Assembly (NCBI GenBank): GCA_041690135.1
Contig: JAWLHY010000003.1
Coordinates: 832,001 to 896,000, forward strand
Reading direction: 5' to 3'
From: Armatimonadota bacterium
Lineage (GTDB): Bacteria > Armatimonadota > SYMT01
Length of the DNA stretch: 64,000 bases
Notes under the pieces: model-generated
Databases searched by the model: none
Told to the model about the DNA's origin: nothing
What the model saw: only the letters and a program-made list of their open reading frames with translations
Shown here: one piece after another, positions 19,111 through 27,645 of the stretch
Layout: each line of letters starts with the position of its first letter
Position numbering within the stretch: position 1 is the stretch's first letter
Made by a program: the position numbers and the translations under genes

Positions 19111-20820
19111 ATGCGACTCGGCTATTCTCTCCTTCTCGCCCTGCTGCTCCCGGCCGCGGCCGTGCGCGCGGACAGCGTCACCGAACTCCCGCTGCCGGCC
19201 AACGACCTCGTTTACGATGCACCTTCGGGGCTGATCTACGCTAGCGTTCCGGGCCGCGTTGGGGCTTCAGGTAACAGCATCACCCGTTTCGATCCGCTTT
19301 CGGGCGAGGTGATCGGTTCTGTTTTTGTCGGCAGCGAGCCGGGTCCGCTGGCGCGCACGGACGACGGTAGTTATCTCTACGTGGGTCTGAACGGCGCCGC
19401 GGCGGTCCGCCGCTACGACCTGGGGTCCCACCTGGCCGGACCGCAGTTCTCCGTCGAGTCCCCGGTGCAGCGCCTGGTGGCGTTGCCGGGTCAGCCCCAT
19501 TCCCTGGCCGTGTTGGCCGGCGTCTTCTTCTCCAACCCCCTCATGGTCTTTGATGCGGGCGTTCGCCGGCCGAACTCCTCGGCCATCGATCAACTCCGCC
19601 TCACGGATGTGCTCCCGTCGCTTTCTCCGGGACGGCTCTATGGCGCGGACCACACATCGGTTCGGGTGGATGTGCGGGGCGGCGAGCTCCAGCGGGTTGG
19701 CGAATACGGTTCGGGCGTCACCGACCTAGACATTACGGGCAACCGCTCCCAACGCGGCCTCCTGTTCGCTCCCACGGGGAAGGTGATCGATCCGGAAGCG
19801 GATGTGCTCCTGGGAACCTTTGCGCTGAATAGTTTCTATGGTCCGCACCTCGTATGCCCGGATCTGCCGAACGGGCGCGCCTACTTTCTCACCCGGACAG
19901 GCGCCGACGCTTACGAGCTCCAGGCGTACGATGCACGCACGTACACGCCTGCCGGAACGCTGCCGCTCCCCGCGCTGACCCAGTATCCGCACAGCCTGAT
20001 CCGGTGGGGGGACGATGGCCTGGCCTTCGCTGCCGGGGACAAGGTGTACCTCGTCCGGACGTCCCTGGTGCCCCAGGGCAGCCCGGAAGTGGATCTGCAG
20101 GTCCATGGCGTCACCCTGCCGGGCGAGGTGGCCGCGGGAGAGACGCTTACTTACACGCTTTCCGTCCATAACCAGGGCAGCCACCCGGCCACCTTCGTGT
20201 CGCTGACCGACACGCTGCCGGTTTCCACCAGTGACCTTTCCGCGGTCGCCAGCCAGGGGCAGGTCTATGTCGCGGGAGGAGTCGTCACCGCGCGTCTCGG
20301 CGACCTGGCGCCCGGAGCCACCGCCACGGTCACCGTGCAGGCCCGTTTCAAGACCGCCGGACCGGCGACGCACACTGCGGTCGCTACAGCCTTCGAGGCG
20401 GACACGGACAACTCCAATGATCAGGCCACGCACGCCGTAACGGTTACCGCCCCGCTCCTCGCCGAACTGAACGCGGAGTGGACCCAGGTCAAAGTGATCT
20501 GCCCGCCCCGCGGCAAGTGCCGTTACATCGGCCGACTGCGCCTCCGCAACAGCGGCGGGCAGGACGCGCGCCGGTTTACCGTGCGGTTCTATGCCACATC
20601 CCGGTCGTTCGGCACCACCAATCTGCTGGGCGAGGTGAAGGTCCGTCTGCTCCGCCGCGGAAAAACGGCCACCCTGCGTCTGAACAAGCGGCAATTCGCC
20701 CCCACCTTCGGCGAGTATGACGTGCGGGCGGTAGTGGACGCGTCCGCTGTCGTTGTCGAGGCCAATGAAGACGACAACACGGCCGTTTCCGCGACCTTCA
20801 ACAGGGGCGACCTTCCGTAA
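19111..20820 (+). CDS. Secreted beta-propeller protein with DUF11 and CARDB-like Ig domains
   Basis: Signal peptide; propeller repeats (NDLVYD, VGSEP..LA, YLYVGL, LIRWGDDGLAF); DUF11 motif (LTYTLSVHNQG..ATFVSLTDTLP); CARDB-like end EANEDDN. Confidence 0.8.
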   Translation: MRLGYSLLLALLLPAAAVRADSVTELPLPANDLVYDAPSGLIYASVPGRVGASGNSITRFDPLSGEVIGSVFVGSEPGPLARTDDGSYLYVGLNGAAAVRRYDLGSHLAGPQFSVESPVQRLVALPGQPHSLAVLAGVFFSNPLMVFDAGVRRPNSSAIDQLRLTDVLPSLSPGRLYGADHTSVRVDVRGGELQRVGEYGSGVTDLDITGNRSQRGLLFAPTGKVIDPEADVLLGTFALNSFYGPHLVCPDLPNGRAYFLTRTGADAYELQAYDARTYTPAGTLPLPALTQYPHSLIRWGDDGLAFAAGDKVYLVRTSLVPQGSPEVDLQVHGVTLPGEVAAGETLTYTLSVHNQGSHPATFVSLTDTLPVSTSDLSAVASQGQVYVAGGVVTARLGDLAPGATATVTVQARFKTAGPATHTAVATAFEADTDNSNDQATHAVTVTAPLLAELNAEWTQVKVICPPRGKCRYIGRLRLRNSGGQDARRFTVRFYATSRSFGTTNLLGEVKVRLLRRGKTATLRLNKRQFAPTFGEYDVRAVVDASAVVVEANEDDNTAVSATFNRGDLP

Positions 20821-20868
20821 CCAGCCCATGTGGCCCCCGGTTCATGCGGAGATCCTTCCCAGCCGTCC

Positions 20869-21603
20869 TCAGTCCTGCGGTACGAAGAGCAGCACCAGGG
20901 AAAAGATGGCGGAGCACCCATCGAAAAGAGACTGGTAGCCCATGTAGGTGTCGAAATTGCGTTTGGCCGCGACGGCGTGAGACACGGCGCCGCCGGAACC
21001 CTGGCCGGCGGGAGTTCCCTGGCGAAGCTCTTCGATGCGGGGGCCCACCTGAGCGACTTCCTCGGGAGTCAGCACGCGGTCCAGCGCATCGGTGGCATGC
21101 AGCAGGGCGATCAGCGCCCCGAGCCGCGCGTCGACGGGACCGGATTCCAGCAGGGCAGCGCGCAGCTGTTCCCGCAAGCGCCGCTCGGGATGGGCGTTCT
21201 GTGTCGGGTAGACGGGATTGGGAAGTACCCAGAGGAGCCGGTCTTCCTGCCGGGTCAGGATGCCGCGCTCGATCAGCCGCGTGGCGACGGAAGCATGGAG
21301 CACCGGCTCGCTGGGATAGAGGTTGTTGGGGACCAGCTTTCCAATCCACTCTCCACTCTTCCGGGGTTTGGCGGCCTCTTCGATGCGGGCGAGCGCCTGG
21401 TCGAGGAGTGCATCGCCGGTCGGGGTCGGATCGAACACGCCGAGGTGGCCTTCCTCGTCCACGCCCACGCGCTCCTGTAGAAGCAACTCGGCCAGCACGG
21501 CGCCTTCCAGGCCCTGGCGCAGGTACAACTCTTCGCTCCTACCCGTCTCATCGTTCAGGCAGAGCAGCAGCAACTGTTCGGGTAGGGAAAGGGTGGCTTC
21601 CAT
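20869..21603 (-). CDS. GPP34/GOLPH3 family protein
   Basis: LSLPEQLLLLCLNDETG, GAVLAELLL, PTGDALLDQAL, RLIERGIL. Confidence 0.85.
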   Translation of the reverse strand: MEATLSLPEQLLLLCLNDETGRSEELYLRQGLEGAVLAELLLQERVGVDEEGHLGVFDPTPTGDALLDQALARIEEAAKPRKSGEWIGKLVPNNLYPSEPVLHASVATRLIERGILTRQEDRLLWVLPNPVYPTQNAHPERRLREQLRAALLESGPVDARLGALIALLHATDALDRVLTPEEVAQVGPRIEELRQGTPAGQGSGGAVSHAVAAKRNFDTYMGYQSLFDGCSAIFSLVLLFVPQD

Positions 21604-21908
21604 CGATTTCTCCAGTGCCGGATAGGCCTCTCGGCGAGGTCGTGATTGCAACGGGTTGTTGAACGCTCAAGCAGGCCGCTGCGTTGCCCCCAGAATGTTG
21701 AGAGTAGCTAGCGGGAATCTCCTGCCCGCCTCTTTCGATCGCTGCGCAGGAACCGCCTGAAAGCCCGGAGAAGGTTACGCCATCTACTGTTCCGGCGGAG
21801 GGTCTCTCCGGCGTACCGCCCCTGTTCTCCCACCGGAACTGGTCGCAACGAGACCTATGTCCGGCCGTCCAGGTCCGCGGCCACTGCTTGCTCACATCCA
21901 ACGCCGCC

Positions 21909-24023
21909 ATGAAGTTCAGGTTTCTCACGCAGGATAGACGTCTCAACCTCTTCGGGCCCTCGCGCCTGATCCTGCTGACGGCCGCGCTGGCTACGGTCGC
22001 GGCCGCCGCGCCCCCCAGAGCGGAGCAAGCCGGCAGTACTTCGCTGGCCCAGCGCTACCGCGCGTTGGCGCTGGAACTGTTGGCTGAGTGCCCCCGCCTG
22101 CTCGAGAACCCGCGGGAGATCCTGCCGAACTGGCAGCACCCGCGGCAGTTCGACCCGAACATCGACACGAAGGAGCCGCCGCGTGACCAGGTGCTGGCCG
22201 ACCTCGCCGGCGCCTATGCCCGCCTTGGCGAGTTGGAGCAGGCCCGCCAGCTCGCCGCCGGGCTGAGGATGGCCGAAGCACGCGTAAGGGCCCATACGGC
22301 AATCGCCGAGGCGGCGCTGGAGGCGGGGGACCAAGAAGGCGCACGGGCGGCCTTCAAGAAGGCGTTCGGCGGGTTGGGGGTGGTCTCCGCTTCCCAGTCC
22401 GTCACGCTGCGCCTGGAGCTGGTGCGGCTGGCGAAGGAGTTGAACGACGTGCCGGCACTGGAGCGGCTGCGGGCCGGGATCTACCCCGGCGCGGGTCCCC
22501 GCATTGCGCGGAAGGGTGCGGCCAGCCTCATCCCGCGCGAAAAGTATCAGGCAGCGGCCGATAACGCCGCGGCGCTCGCCGCCCGGGGGCAAACCGAAGA
22601 GGCGCTGAAGATTGCCGAGGGCATCCCGCTGGCGATGCACCGGGCGCGGGCGTATCTCGACATCGCTATCGCCCGGAGCGAGCGCGATGATGAGCCCGGG
22701 GCACGCCGCGCGGCCGCTAGAGCCTCCGCCGTGGCGCGAAAGACCCTGGGGCCGGCCCACCGCGCCGACCTCTTCACGCTGCTCGGGGGCGTCTACGGGC
22801 GCGTGGGCTACCGCAAGCACGCCGAGTGGGCGTTCGGCCGCGCCCACGAAGCCATTCCCTTCGTGCCGGAGTCGAACTCGATCTCGACCGAGACCGGCTA
22901 CATGCGGATGTTGATCGACAGGCCGCAAGCCTACCTGCTGCTGGCCCACACTCAGGCCCGCGTGGGGGATCTGGACGGCGCCTTCCGCACCATGGCGCGG
23001 GTGACCGCACCCGACCCACATTCCCTGCGGTTTCGCGTCTACCGCCTGCAGACCGACGGCTGGCTCTCGCTGGCCCGCACTGCCCGGGCTCGTGGAGATC
23101 AGACGAAGACTCGCATGGCGCTCGCCGGCGCCCTGAAGGCGGTCCGGGCGGCCGGCGACGCCGAAGCCCCGAACGCCCTGGAAGTGGCCACCCTGGCGGA
23201 GGCGTGCGGGCTCGGCGCGCTCTCGGGGGAGGCCGAACGGCTTTTCGCGGCCGGCGTAGCGGCCCGGCGGCGCGCCGACTTCGGCTTCGTCCACGAACTC
23301 GTGGAGAAGCGCACGGAACTGGCGCAGGCCATTGCGGGAGCGGTCCGAACACCCCCCGCGCCGCCGGAGGTCCCAGCCGCGGCCAGTGATGAGCCTGCCC
23401 CGCCTCCAGCGGACGTGCCGACGCCACCCTCATCCACGCTCGCCGGCGGCCGCACCATCACCTGGGCCTGTGCGGCCCAGCCCCAGGTATCGTACCAGCT
23501 CTACATGCCGAAGAACCGCACCCTCGCTACCGTGCGCGACGTCTTCCTCCTGATCCCGCCCGGCGGCTCGGCCCGGCTCCCCTCCCCGCAACTCGCCGAC
23601 CAGCTCGGTTGGGCTTTCGTGGGTCTCCAGAAGACAACCTACGACCTCGGCGAACTGATGGGGGCGGTGCTCGCGGCCGTGCGCGATCTCTCCCAGAGGG
23701 CCGGGCATCCGCTAAGGTGGCGGTTTGGCGGCCTCTCCGCGGGCGGGTACGCCTCGATGCACACGGCGCGAGTTCTGCCGGAGGTGTGCGCCGGCGTGGT
23801 GATGGTCGGAAGCTTCGATGAGGTCGACGACGTCACCTTCCCAGTAGTGTTTCTTGTGGGGGAAAACGACTACGCGCGGGGCGACGCAGAGCGCATCTAC
23901 GAGCGGCTGCGGGCAGGTAAACGGTGGTGCCGGTTGATGCTCCACCCCGGCGGCCACACCTATGGCCGCCCGGCCGACCTGGAGAATGCGATCCGTCACC
24001 TGGCCCGGAATAGTCCGCGCTAA
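21909..24023 (+). CDS. Exported helical-repeat (TPR-like) protein with a C-terminal alpha/beta-hydrolase domain
   Basis: Signal-like segment, repeated LA.A.AR.G motifs, GLSAGG nucleophile elbow, GEND and GGH catalytic-triad-like motifs. Confidence 0.65.
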   Translation: MKFRFLTQDRRLNLFGPSRLILLTAALATVAAAAPPRAEQAGSTSLAQRYRALALELLAECPRLLENPREILPNWQHPRQFDPNIDTKEPPRDQVLADLAGAYARLGELEQARQLAAGLRMAEARVRAHTAIAEAALEAGDQEGARAAFKKAFGGLGVVSASQSVTLRLELVRLAKELNDVPALERLRAGIYPGAGPRIARKGAASLIPREKYQAAADNAAALAARGQTEEALKIAEGIPLAMHRARAYLDIAIARSERDDEPGARRAAARASAVARKTLGPAHRADLFTLLGGVYGRVGYRKHAEWAFGRAHEAIPFVPESNSISTETGYMRMLIDRPQAYLLLAHTQARVGDLDGAFRTMARVTAPDPHSLRFRVYRLQTDGWLSLARTARARGDQTKTRMALAGALKAVRAAGDAEAPNALEVATLAEACGLGALSGEAERLFAAGVAARRRADFGFVHELVEKRTELAQAIAGAVRTPPAPPEVPAAASDEPAPPPADVPTPPSSTLAGGRTITWACAAQPQVSYQLYMPKNRTLATVRDVFLLIPPGGSARLPSPQLADQLGWAFVGLQKTTYDLGELMGAVLAAVRDLSQRAGHPLRWRFGGLSAGGYASMHTARVLPEVCAGVVMVGSFDEVDDVTFPVVFLVGENDYARGDAERIYERLRAGKRWCRLMLHPGGHTYGRPADLENAIRHLARNSPR

Positions 24024-24188
24024 GGGGTTGGGGCGAGTAACTGGGCAGGTACGGTTTTCCAGAAGGGGGCCGACACCCGCGCGCGGGTACCCGGCGCCGT
24101 CACTCCGGCAAGCCTCGCGGACCTGGGTGAAGAAACAGGCTCGTGTCGAGCGGTCTAAAACTGGCCAGATTCTTCACCCAACCCCTTA
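24022..24188. mobile_element. ~165-bp MITE, copy 1
   Basis: Imperfect TIRs AGGGGTTGGG...CCCAACCCCT flanked by TA; internal core GCGCCGTCACTCCGGCAAG shared with the copies at 30.4 kb and 33.9 kb. Confidence 0.7.
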
Positions 24189-24319
24189 GTAAGCCCCTAG
24201 GGGCATGCCGCTTTGACGGGCCTTTTCCAGTGGTTTCTCGAAACCTGCGGCGGTTTCCCGACTCAGATGCCTGGAGTGCGGGGAACCGCGAGGCCGAGCG
24301 GGCCGGAGGGCGAGGACCG

Positions 24320-25771
24320 ATGCTTTCGATCACCACGCGAGGATACCGGGTGTGCGACGGGACGTCGCGGCGGCAGTTGCTGCAGGCGGGGGGCGCGGGG
24401 CTGCTGGGGCTCTCCCTGCCGAAGGTTCTGGCGGCGGAGGAAGCACGGGGCGCGGCGCCCGCCCGGCGCCCGGGGCGCGCGAAGTCGGTCATTTTCCTGT
24501 TCCTGTTCGGAGGGCCGAGCCAGCTCGAGACGTTCGACTTGAAGCCAGAAGCCCCCACGCAGGTACGCGGCCCCTTCAAGCCGATCCCGTGCCGGACGGA
24601 TGACCTGCTGGTCTCCGAGTCGCTGCCGCGGTTGGCACAGCTTTCCCACCGGTACTGCGTCATCCGCACCATGACGCACGACTTCAACGACCACAGCGGC
24701 GGCGGGCACTACATCCAGACGGGTCACCGGTGGCACGTGCCGATCGGCGGCGGGTTCAGCCCCACGCCCAAGGACTGGCCCTCCATCGGCTCGGTCGTGG
24801 AGTACACGGCCCAGCATGAGCCGGGCGGGCTCCAGCGGGATCTGCCGGCCTACGTGGTGCTGCCGAACAGCCTGGGGCGGCTGCAGCAGCGGGGACAGTA
24901 CCCGCGTCCGGGCGAGCATGCGGGCTGGCTGGGGAAGGCGTACAACCCCCTCACGACCGTGGTGGACAAGCGTAACCTGCAGGACAACCCCTACTGGCGG
25001 GTGTGCACGGATGAGGAGCTGACCTTCCAGATCCAGGGGCAGTCGCCCGCGAAGGAGATCCGGCTGGACCGCCTCGCCCGGCGGCGGTCGCTGCTGGAGC
25101 AGTTCGATGCCCACCGGCAGGTGCTGGAGGGGGACCCTTCCGTGGAGAGCTACAACCGATTCCGCAGCCGAGCCCTCGGATTGGTCTGTTCGGAGCGGAC
25201 CCGCACGGCGCTCAATCTCCAGGCGGAGCCGGCGAAGACCCGCGACCGGTACGGCCGGCACCTGTTCGGCCAGAGCTGCCTGCTGGCCCGGCGGCTGGTG
25301 GAGTCCGGGGTCCGGTTCGTGACCGTCCACTACGACTGTGTGGACGGCTATAGCTGGGACTCCCACCGCAACAGCGACGACGTGAAGGACCACCTGATGC
25401 CGACCACCGACCAGGCGGCCTCGGCGCTGCTGGAGGACCTTCACGACCGGGGCATGCTGGACGACACCCTGGTGGTGATGCTGGGGGAGATGGGCCGCAC
25501 TCCCAAGGCGAACGCCAAGTGGGGGCGGGACCACTGGAGCACGCTCTTCCCGGCCCTGCTGGCCGGCGGGGGCATCCGCGGCGGAACGTGGTACGGGAAG
25601 TCGGACGCGGAGGCGGCCTTCCCCACGGAGAACCCGGTCCGTCCCGAAGACCTGGCGGCCACCCTCTACTGGGCGCTGGGCCTGGACCCCGAGATGATGG
25701 TTCCCGATCCGGAGGACCGCCCTATTCCCCTGATCGATGGTGGGCGGCCGGTGACGGGGATCTTTGCGTGA
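24320..25771 (+). CDS. DUF1501 domain protein
   Basis: SRRQLLQAG Tat-like start, AKSVIFLFLFGGPSQLETFDLKP, YGRHLFGQSCLLARRLVESGVRFV, GEMGRTP, GRDHW. Confidence 0.93.
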   Translation: MLSITTRGYRVCDGTSRRQLLQAGGAGLLGLSLPKVLAAEEARGAAPARRPGRAKSVIFLFLFGGPSQLETFDLKPEAPTQVRGPFKPIPCRTDDLLVSESLPRLAQLSHRYCVIRTMTHDFNDHSGGGHYIQTGHRWHVPIGGGFSPTPKDWPSIGSVVEYTAQHEPGGLQRDLPAYVVLPNSLGRLQQRGQYPRPGEHAGWLGKAYNPLTTVVDKRNLQDNPYWRVCTDEELTFQIQGQSPAKEIRLDRLARRRSLLEQFDAHRQVLEGDPSVESYNRFRSRALGLVCSERTRTALNLQAEPAKTRDRYGRHLFGQSCLLARRLVESGVRFVTVHYDCVDGYSWDSHRNSDDVKDHLMPTTDQAASALLEDLHDRGMLDDTLVVMLGEMGRTPKANAKWGRDHWSTLFPALLAGGGIRGGTWYGKSDAEAAFPTENPVRPEDLAATLYWALGLDPEMMVPDPEDRPIPLIDGGRPVTGIFA

Positions 25772-25877
25772 TTCGCTCTATTTGCTGTTCGCATTGGGCG
25801 GCGGGCCGTGGCTCCCGGCCAAAGGCCACAACCTCCTTATCCTGATCCGCATCTCATCTCAATCGGCTGAAAGCCCT

Positions 25878-26945
25878 TCATCCTTCAACCGGCAGCACCA
25901 CGTCCACTTCTTCGCCCGGGCGGAGGTCGAGCGGCTTGAGCGGCTTGACCCAGAGCCAGGTGTAGAAGAGCTGGCGGTCCCAGCCGGGCACGATCTTCTC
26001 CAGCTTGCCGGGGACCCCACCGCCCGCGAGCTCCACTTCCACCTTCTGGCCTTCGTCCAGGGGCTGAGCCGTTTGCTGCTTTACCAGGGCCACGACTCGG
26101 TAGCTGGCGGGATCGTCCACACGGATGATGGGGGTCTTGGCCCGGATCCAGTGACCCTCCCCGGCGATGATCGAAGTGACGACGCCGTCCATCGGGCTGT
26201 GTCGTTTCGCCTGCCCCATCAGCTTCCGCAGGCGGGCGGCTTCGGCACGGGCGGCGCGCTGCCGGTGAATGCTGTCCACTACGGCCAGGTGGAACGCGCG
26301 CTGGCGCTTCCGGTAGTACTCCTCGGAAGCCGAGAGCTGGCTCTTCAATTCCGCGACGTTCCACGGGCTGTTACTGGTTGCCAGCCGTATCGGGGAGTTT
26401 TGCTGCTGTTGCGCCAGGTACTTTTCCTGCTTGCGGGTCTCCACGATGAGGGAGCGCAGCAGCCGGTGATCGCGGGCCAGCAATCCCAATTCCTCCTTAC
26501 GCTCCCGGCGGTGCCGGTTGGTCGCCTCGGCGTACCGGCGCTCATTGGCCAGGGCCGCCTGCAGCCGGCGCTGGAGGTCGGAGGTGTCCATCTGGAAGAG
26601 GAGCTGACCGCGCTGCACGCGCTGGCCCTTCTTCACCTGGAGATCGGCGACCTTACCCGAAAAATAGGAGCCGATGCCCTTCGACTTCCGGCTGACCACC
26701 GTTCCCGTGGCGACCACGCCGTCGTCACCCACTCTCTCCCGCTCGGGTTCGGAAGCCGCCATTACCGGTTGGGGCCGGTCCGGCATGGGGCCGAAGCCGA
26801 AGTAATAGAACATCAGTCGACCTACCGCCACTACCAGCACGACCATCACGGCCGTAACCGTCAAGCGGAGAATGGTCCAAAGCCAGAACCCGTCGCGCAC
26901 GGGGCGTCCGCCCCTACCGGGGTTGTCTCTCGATGCTTCACTCAT
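25878..26945 (-). CDS. HlyD/RND-type membrane fusion (periplasmic adaptor) protein
   Basis: N-terminal TM helix, lipoyl half-motifs SGKVADLQVKKGQRVQRGQLL and SPMDGVV, central coiled coil. Confidence 0.85.
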   Translation of the reverse strand: MSEASRDNPGRGGRPVRDGFWLWTILRLTVTAVMVVLVVAVGRLMFYYFGFGPMPDRPQPVMAASEPERERVGDDGVVATGTVVSRKSKGIGSYFSGKVADLQVKKGQRVQRGQLLFQMDTSDLQRRLQAALANERRYAEATNRHRRERKEELGLLARDHRLLRSLIVETRKQEKYLAQQQQNSPIRLATSNSPWNVAELKSQLSASEEYYRKRQRAFHLAVVDSIHRQRAARAEAARLRKLMGQAKRHSPMDGVVTSIIAGEGHWIRAKTPIIRVDDPASYRVVALVKQQTAQPLDEGQKVEVELAGGGVPGKLEKIVPGWDRQLFYTWLWVKPLKPLDLRPGEEVDVVLPVEG

Positions 26946-27645
26946 GGGTTTCCAATTCCTCACCGGGCTTTACCCAGGCGAGGTGGAAACCAACGGGGGG
27001 AGAGTGCGTGGAATCACAGGTTCGGAGAGGCGTGGGCGTGGGCGGTGAACAGGGAGTATGGGGGAGTGGGAGTATGGGGGTGTGGGAGTGGGCAGTGGGG
27101 CAGTGTGCGTCTCGCCCGCCAGAGGTCGATCACGGTCGCGACGCGGCAGCGAAAGTGGCGCGGGCGTCCCGCCCGCCACGGTACCCGCTATGGATTAGTC
27201 TCTTGCCGGTACAATTCTGCGCAAAACGCGCACAAGTAGCGTAGCTTCGGAAAGCTAACGCACGTCATCCATACGGACTTGCAGTTTGCGAGCCCCGACC
27301 GGTCCGTCGGTAAGTACGCGTGCCGTGCTTTGGTTGGTATCGCGTGCGGGTGCGAGTTCCGGCCATTGCGGGGCGTGGCAATCCCCCTGGTGACCGCAGC
27401 GGGTCTCGACCCCCGTAGGTCGCCTTCCGGCCCCGGAGTTCCGCAGTAAATCCTGCAAGTCGGACGAACTGAGGCGAAGGTAGCGGCGCGGATGGCAGGG
27501 GGATTGCCGCAGTCGCTAAGGCTCCTTCGCAATGACGCCGTTTCCCTCTTGCTGGTGGCTGCCAATTCCGAAAGATGAGACGCCCGCCCCACATCGTGCC
27601 TCTCCCAATTCGCCTCATTCGCCTCATTCGCGGATCACCCCTCAC

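Noticed and set aside
27050-27640. Short simple repeats (GGGAGTATGG, ATTCGCCTC; similar at 14570, 14720, 34790, 44815)
   Set aside because: Ordinary short intergenic tandem repeats with no further structure to support a function.
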